IMG/VR virus record: IMGVR_UViG_3300031998_000011
Location: 32,001 to 96,000 of that record
DNA from: a virus
Lineage: Duplodnaviria > Caudoviricetes
Direction: 5' to 3' (one strand)
Length of the DNA stretch: 64,000 nucleotides
Position numbers and translations under genes: made by a program. How positions within the stretch are numbered: the stretch's first letter is position 1; each line of letters opens with the position of its first letter. Positions 59,411-64,000 of this stretch are shown here, piece after piece. Under the pieces are notes generated by a model. The model was not told the DNA's origin and searched no databases. It saw only the letters and a program-made list of their open reading frames with translations.

Positions 59411-59659
59411 ATGAGCATCACGCTGTATGGTCTCGTATTCGAGCAAACTCACGACGCCTGCCCTGAGAGCTACGTGGTCTACGACAACGGCAAGCAGATC
59501 GCCACTGTCGAGTTCCACTGGGGCAAGCTGACCTGCCGCAAAGACGGCAAGTCCGTCTACGAGCGCACTGCGGAGTACGACTGGATGTCCAGATTCCGCA
59601 ACGACAAGGAGCGCACGGAATGGCTCGAAGACGCAGCCCGCCACATCAAGGCGGCATGA
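59411..59659 (+). CDS. small hypothetical protein
   Basis: SD AGGAG. ACPESYVVY. Confidence 0.7.
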   Translation: MSITLYGLVFEQTHDACPESYVVYDNGKQIATVEFHWGKLTCRKDGKSVYERTAEYDWMSRFRNDKERTEWLEDAARHIKAA

Positions 59660-59714
59660 CCACGACAGCGCGGGTCACGCTACAGACCAGACCCTGACGT
59701 CACAATGATCTGAA

Positions 59715-59749
59715 AGGCCGGAGCCCTAAAAAGCCCCGGTCTTCTTTTT
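59715..59749 (+). terminator. intrinsic terminator-like hairpin
   Basis: AGGCCGGAGC...GCCCCGGTCT followed by TCTTTTT. Confidence 0.6.
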
Positions 59750-59953
59750 ACAGTTGACTCGGCTATTGTAACGCAGGACTGTCCGAGGGTCTTTTTCCCG
59801 TACGGGGTTGTCTCCATGTTGTTCCCCGTGCGGCCGTTTTTCACCCGTGGGGCGGACAGTCCAGACCCAACAAACGCCTGGCCCTGCAACAGCTCAGCAC
59901 GGCGTTTTGGCGGAGCCGGTCTTTTACTCCTTTCTGGCCGGCTCCGTCTTTTT
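59750..59953 (+). ncRNA. candidate structured small RNA
   Basis: Nested stems 59776-85/59853-62 and 59798-807/59824-33, stem 59872-78/59901-07, and terminal hairpin 59909-59948 plus U-tract. G-U pairs favour the + strand. Confidence 0.45.
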
Positions 59954-59967
59954 GAACTTCAAGTTGA
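59950..59967 (-). promoter_or_regulatory. dyad motif, copy 3
   Basis: TTTTGAACTTCAAGTTGA is the reverse complement of copy 1. Lies 37 nt upstream of ATG 60005. Confidence 0.55.
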
Positions 59968-60004
59968 AAATTGTACGAGCCCTCTTTATCAAGGAGTCAC
60001 GACG

Positions 60005-60172
60005 ATGGCGTCTGCAAAGTACAGGGAGATACCGGTCTATACAAAGACGGAAGTCGATGAGTGGCGCAGGAACTTCCTGATAGTCGCACTCGTCACGGTT
60101 ATCCTTGCGTTCTGCCTGGGCTACATCATAGGACACTTCAGCATGGACGACATACTCAGAACATTCGATTAA
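60005..60172 (+). CDS. single-TM small membrane protein
   Basis: SD AAGGAG. FLIVALVTVILAFCLGYIIG. Confidence 0.65.
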   Translation: MASAKYREIPVYTKTEVDEWRRNFLIVALVTVILAFCLGYIIGHFSMDDILRTFD

Positions 60173-60191
60173 CACATAGGAGGACACAACC

Positions 60192-60536
60192 ATGTCTCAA
60201 TACCAGATCATACAGCTCAAGGACCCGGCCAGTCCGTCAACACTGCAGTTCCCCGTAACACCTGCGGAATCACTGGTGCAGTCAATCAACGCAAGAACAA
60301 CCCCGCTTATCATCATGCTGTCCCAGTGGAGTGACACGCTGACGACGCCGACAGAAGCGAACCAGTACGCATACAAGCCCACAGCCAAGCTGGTCTGTGT
60401 CAGTTCTGCATCCGGCAGTTCTTTCGCGTGGTCTGCAGGTACAGCGCCTGTTGCAGGTAAGTTGTATATGTACGAGGGCACTCTTTATGTAAAGAGTGCC
60501 GCTTCAGGCAGTTTGGCCATTTTGCAGATGCCTTGA
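60192..60536 (+). CDS. hypothetical Ser/Thr/Ala-rich protein (possibly virion-associated)
   Basis: SD AGGAGG, beta-rich, has its own terminator. Confidence 0.6.
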   Translation: MSQYQIIQLKDPASPSTLQFPVTPAESLVQSINARTTPLIIMLSQWSDTLTTPTEANQYAYKPTAKLVCVSSASGSSFAWSAGTAPVAGKLYMYEGTLYVKSAASGSLAILQMP

Positions 60537-60557
60537 GCCAGTAACACAGTGAGTAAT

Positions 60558-60591
60558 GAGAGCCTGTTCCCGTGTGGGTGCAGGCTCTTTT
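60558..60591 (+). terminator. intrinsic terminator
   Basis: GAGAGCCTG...CAGGCTCTTTT. Confidence 0.7.
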
Positions 60592-60654
60592 CCTGTATAG
60601 TAAGCCGGTGCACAATGACGTGCACGTAACCAAACAACAAAGGAGTAACACGTT

Positions 60655-61134
60655 ATGGATTTCGCATGGGCAATCAATGCACTCAAAGCAGGACAGAAAG
60701 TCACCCGCAAGGTATGGGATGGAGATCCGTCGTATATCGAGCTTACGGCACCAGGCTCCAATTCTATTATTGCAGTTGGCGACGATACACAGGTAGAGAA
60801 CTGGCTATGCTTGCATAGCGATATCTTTGCGGATGACTGGGAGGAATACAAGGCAGGTAGCATGGAGAACTGCGAGACCCTCAGCAATGCCATCAACCAG
60901 CTGCTCGACAAGGTCAACAAGATGCCGCAGTTGCATGCGACCGTGCAGCCTGGGCCGAACGACAAGGAGCTGACGGTCACTATCGTTGAGGAAGAGCCGG
61001 ACGAGAGGATCGCCGTGACGCTGAATGTCACGGAGGTATGCAGGGAAGCCATCGGCTGCACCATAAGCAACCCTGACGGCATCACCAAGTCCAGCATCGG
61101 CAGCTACGGCCTGAACGACAAAGTGGAGGGCTGA
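60655..61134 (+). CDS. Tad2/DUF2829-like anti-defence protein
   Basis: MDFAWAINALKAGQKVTRKVWDG...WLCLHSDIFADDWE. Confidence 0.75.
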   Translation: MDFAWAINALKAGQKVTRKVWDGDPSYIELTAPGSNSIIAVGDDTQVENWLCLHSDIFADDWEEYKAGSMENCETLSNAINQLLDKVNKMPQLHATVQPGPNDKELTVTIVEEEPDERIAVTLNVTEVCREAIGCTISNPDGITKSSIGSYGLNDKVEG

Positions 61135-61137
61135 CGT

Positions 61138-62226
61138 ATGGATTTCGCATGGGTTGTGGACGCACTGCGCAGAGGTCTTAAGGTCACACGCAAGGACTGG
61201 CTGCTGGCCAATCCACCGATGTACCTGTACATGGTGACGGAGAAGAAGCCGGATGGCAAGCACATCATCAAGATGCACCCAGGAACGGGTCCAGACTTCG
61301 AGTGGACTCCTACTGCAGAGCAGCTGCTCATTGTGGACGACTGGGAGGAGTACGTGGAGCCCAAGAAGGCAGCACCGGCCAAGTCTACGCAGGAAGATCT
61401 TCCTGTGTGGCCGGAAGTCAATGCTGACGGCTATGCCCGCATGAGCAAGGACTCTGATGTGATCATTCATGACGGTGTCTACAGGTTCAAAAAGAAGCCA
61501 GTGTTTGGTAATAACAAGCTGACTCTCGATGAGAACGGTCCCCGTATGGGCGATACCATGACCGTCGAGGAGTACCAGAAGGTGCACAGCGGTGAGGAAC
61601 CAGTCTGTGAGTCCTGGCCTGCACTCAAGAAGGTCTGGACCACGTACTGGGACCTGGACATCCAGATCACAGGTGCACTGATCGACAAGGCAGACTATCC
61701 GTATACACTGTGTGAGCGCGACGTGATCGAGCAGAAAGGAAACAAGGTTGTTGTGCTTGCAGAGCCCGGTTTCTCCCAGCGCACTGTCACGCTGCACCTG
61801 GATGAGAACTGCTGGACAGACGCCAAGGACGCATCCGCCAGCTTGATCCACAGAGTTACCAACAGGTTCGGCTGGAACACCGAGTTCTTCATCAGCCTGC
61901 TCAACGGTATCGAGCACACGGACGGAGACTGGTGCAAGCCTTGTTTTGAAGGCGACAACAGATCACTCGGCGACCTGTTCACGGAGGACATGGAGTTCCT
62001 GGCGCAGGAACAGGCAAGAGTCACGCACAGCTTCTACTACATCATCAACCAGTATCTCAGGCTGGTGCAGACAACGGCTCCGGAGAGACAGCGCAAAGCA
62101 CTGGTGGCAGCAGTTGAAGATCAGATGGAGCACAAAAGAAACGTGCTGTCTGCACTTGGTATCAAGGTGCCTGCTCCGCAGAAGACTGATGTCCCGCTGT
62201 CCAAAGAGGACACCAACCATGTGTGA
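61138..62226 (+). CDS. Tad2/DUF2829-like N-terminal domain with long extension
   Basis: MDFAWVVDALRRGLKVTRKDW...WTPTAEQLLIVDDWE. Confidence 0.7.
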   Translation: MDFAWVVDALRRGLKVTRKDWLLANPPMYLYMVTEKKPDGKHIIKMHPGTGPDFEWTPTAEQLLIVDDWEEYVEPKKAAPAKSTQEDLPVWPEVNADGYARMSKDSDVIIHDGVYRFKKKPVFGNNKLTLDENGPRMGDTMTVEEYQKVHSGEEPVCESWPALKKVWTTYWDLDIQITGALIDKADYPYTLCERDVIEQKGNKVVVLAEPGFSQRTVTLHLDENCWTDAKDASASLIHRVTNRFGWNTEFFISLLNGIEHTDGDWCKPCFEGDNRSLGDLFTEDMEFLAQEQARVTHSFYYIINQYLRLVQTTAPERQRKALVAAVEDQMEHKRNVLSALGIKVPAPQKTDVPLSKEDTNHV

Positions 62227-63058
62227 GAAGGAGCCCAAGCGCAGGAGCTGCACCACATGCCCGCAGTACGACGGCATGAAGTGCACGGCTACGGACTTCA
62301 AACTGGGAGACCGTGACGAGGTTCTGCATCAGGAGAACCGGCGCGGGTTCATCTGTCTGGACACAGGCGAGGCTGATCTGAAGGGTGACGCTGCAATCCA
62401 GTGGACAGCAGAGCAAGAGCGCCTAAGTCAGGAGAAAGGTTACAAGTCCTGCGTGGAGATGTGGGCCGCAGAGGGCAAGCAGGTCAAGTCAGGTTTCCTT
62501 ATCGACGAGGACAACGAGCATCTGGAGCCTTTGCTGCAGGTGTCCGGTTCCCCTTCCTCGGAGAGTCCATCCCTACGGGATGGACCTCCTCAGAAGGGGA
62601 AAATCGCGGAAAACAGACATCTACACAACACAACCAGGTGCTCTCTCATTCGGAATCTGGAGGCACACTGCGGTAACTGCAACAAGAGCCACACAGAGGG
62701 CGACCGGCTGGTCTGTGACAAGTGGGGCCTGCAGGATATCCTGATGCCGTATCGGCCCTGCGAAAAGTGGGCCGCAGATCCGAGCAAGGGCTTGCACTGG
62801 ACTGATGCACCTTCCTTATATAAGGAAGGTGTGTCTCCAGAACCGAAAGCCGGGGATCTGGTGGTTGTTCCTGGCAGTAGCATCTGCACTGCAGACAATG
62901 TGTCGATTAACAAGCGACCCGCTGAGAACACCTGTATTACTTATGTAAGTAATACACCTGAGCCAAACGCAGTGTTCACAGATGAGGAAATCGCACAACT
63001 GAAGGATGCTATGCACACCATGCAGCGCATCCTGGAACAGCACGGAGTAACACTATGA
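62219..63058 (+). CDS. Cys-rich hypothetical protein
   Basis: CTTC..C and CGNC..C..C. Confidence 0.6.
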   Translation: MCEKEPKRRSCTTCPQYDGMKCTATDFKLGDRDEVLHQENRRGFICLDTGEADLKGDAAIQWTAEQERLSQEKGYKSCVEMWAAEGKQVKSGFLIDEDNEHLEPLLQVSGSPSSESPSLRDGPPQKGKIAENRHLHNTTRCSLIRNLEAHCGNCNKSHTEGDRLVCDKWGLQDILMPYRPCEKWAADPSKGLHWTDAPSLYKEGVSPEPKAGDLVVVPGSSICTADNVSINKRPAENTCITYVSNTPEPNAVFTDEEIAQLKDAMHTMQRILEQHGVTL

Positions 63059-64000
63059 CCATCACTATCGCGAGTGCCATTACATGTGACCGGCTCCCGT
63101 TCCTGTACATCCTTCTGGGATCTGTCAAGGACCGCAAGCAGCCGGACACTGTGATAGACTACCACGTGTTTATCCCGTACACACAGAGCATGGGCCAGAG
63201 CTACTACGACGAGTACTTCAGCGAGTTGTGTGATGACACATTCCGGGTGCATGTCAGGGACATTACACCAGTGCTGCAGCCGATGGGCGAGTTGCACGGC
63301 GGCGGCATCTACTACACAAGATGCATGTTTCCCATGGTGTTTCCAGAACTGGATCGTCTGCTATATCTGGATGCTGATATCCTGTGCCACAAAGACGGCA
63401 TAGAGGACTTCTGGGAGACAGATCTGACAGACTGTTACGCAGCTGTCGTTCCGGACCCGCCCATCATGTGGACAGACCGGTATCAGTTCGAGAGGGACAA
63501 TACAGGTCTCACCAGATATTTCAATAGCGGTGTCATGTTGTTCAACTTTGATGAGATCCGCCGGCAGGGCATGGATACGCAGCTGGTTGACTGGTGCAAG
63601 CACTGGGACTACAGCAAGCTGAAGCCGTATCACTATGACCAGTCCCTGATAAACTGGCTGTTCCAGGATCATGTTAAATGGATGCCCTGGCTGTACAACA
63701 ACCAGGTGCTGACCTCCTGGGGCTACAAGGTCGCGTCTTATGAGCGACAGGCTGCAGAGGATGGCTACAAAACACCGCTGGATACCGTGAAGGACACACT
63801 GTTCCTGCACTTCTGTGATCATGTGAAACCCTGGGCTTCCAAACTCCTGTATCCGGATGTCACATATCCGTATCTCAAGGAAGCGCGTATGATCTGGCGT
63901 GATGCTGTCAGCAAGTACGCCAAACCGGGCGCCATGCAGGACACCATAACAATCGCCACGACGGCCACGCTGGACCGCAAGGAGAACGTCTACATCCTGC
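63055..64000 (+). CDS. glycosyltransferase family 8 (3'-truncated, second domain begins near the end)
   Basis: YYTR..FP..LDRLLYLDAD, YFNSGVML, DQ, HF..VKPW. No stop seen before the window end. Confidence 0.88.
   Translation, partial: MTITIASAITCDRLPFLYILLGSVKDRKQPDTVIDYHVFIPYTQSMGQSYYDEYFSELCDDTFRVHVRDITPVLQPMGELHGGGIYYTRCMFPMVFPELDRLLYLDADILCHKDGIEDFWETDLTDCYAAVVPDPPIMWTDRYQFERDNTGLTRYFNSGVMLFNFDEIRRQGMDTQLVDWCKHWDYSKLKPYHYDQSLINWLFQDHVKWMPWLYNNQVLTSWGYKVASYERQAAEDGYKTPLDTVKDTLFLHFCDHVKPWASKLLYPDVTYPYLKEARMIWRDAVSKYAKPGAMQDTITIATTATLDRKENVYIL

Noticed and set aside
59680-60080. Short ORFs over the structured region (59680-59889, 59808-60080, 5' part of 59816-60172)
   Set aside because: No SD, atypical composition, and they cross terminator-like hairpins.
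1-64000. tRNA/rRNA genes, stop-codon reassignment, integrase or structural module
   Set aside because: No cloverleaf or rRNA was seen. Conserved genes are intact in code 11 using all three stops. No capsid, terminase or integrase motifs occur in this window.

Overview
A 64-kb segment of a large dsDNA bacteriophage genome. It is densely packed, almost all on the + strand, reads cleanly in code 11, and shows no tRNA, rRNA or CRISPR array. Layout: (1) 1-5.5 kb, small hypothetical genes. (2) 5.5-5.96 kb, a palindrome-rich non-coding spacer (origin or ncRNA candidate). (3) 5.96-33 kb, a replication/recombination/repair run: SbcD/Mre11, SbcC/Rad50, SF2 helicase, DnaB, primase, PolA, probable SSB, RecA-like protein, a catalytically dead DnaQ-like protein, a retron-type reverse transcriptase and an NAD+ ligase. 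Coupled to the ligase is a complete prokaryotic ubiquitin-like conjugation cassette (E2, small ORF, JAB, E1, two pro-form Ubls), followed by RusA. (4) ThyX and a phage sigma-70-family factor with a rewired region 4 under a consensus host promoter. (5) 44-64 kb, an accessory region with expanded paralogue families (TFIIS-like Zn ribbons, SH3/KOW-like barrels, a four-gene tandem family, AIDA-like beta-helices), a patatin/HNH insert, a structured intergenic RNA candidate, two Tad2 (DUF2829)-like genes and a GT8 glycosyltransferase running off the end. The best candidates for an undescribed system are the phage-borne E1-E2-JAB-Ubl pathway inside the replication operon, and the retron-like RT flanked by a dead exonuclease, an antisense gene and the ligase. 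All family calls come from motif recognition by eye, not database searches.
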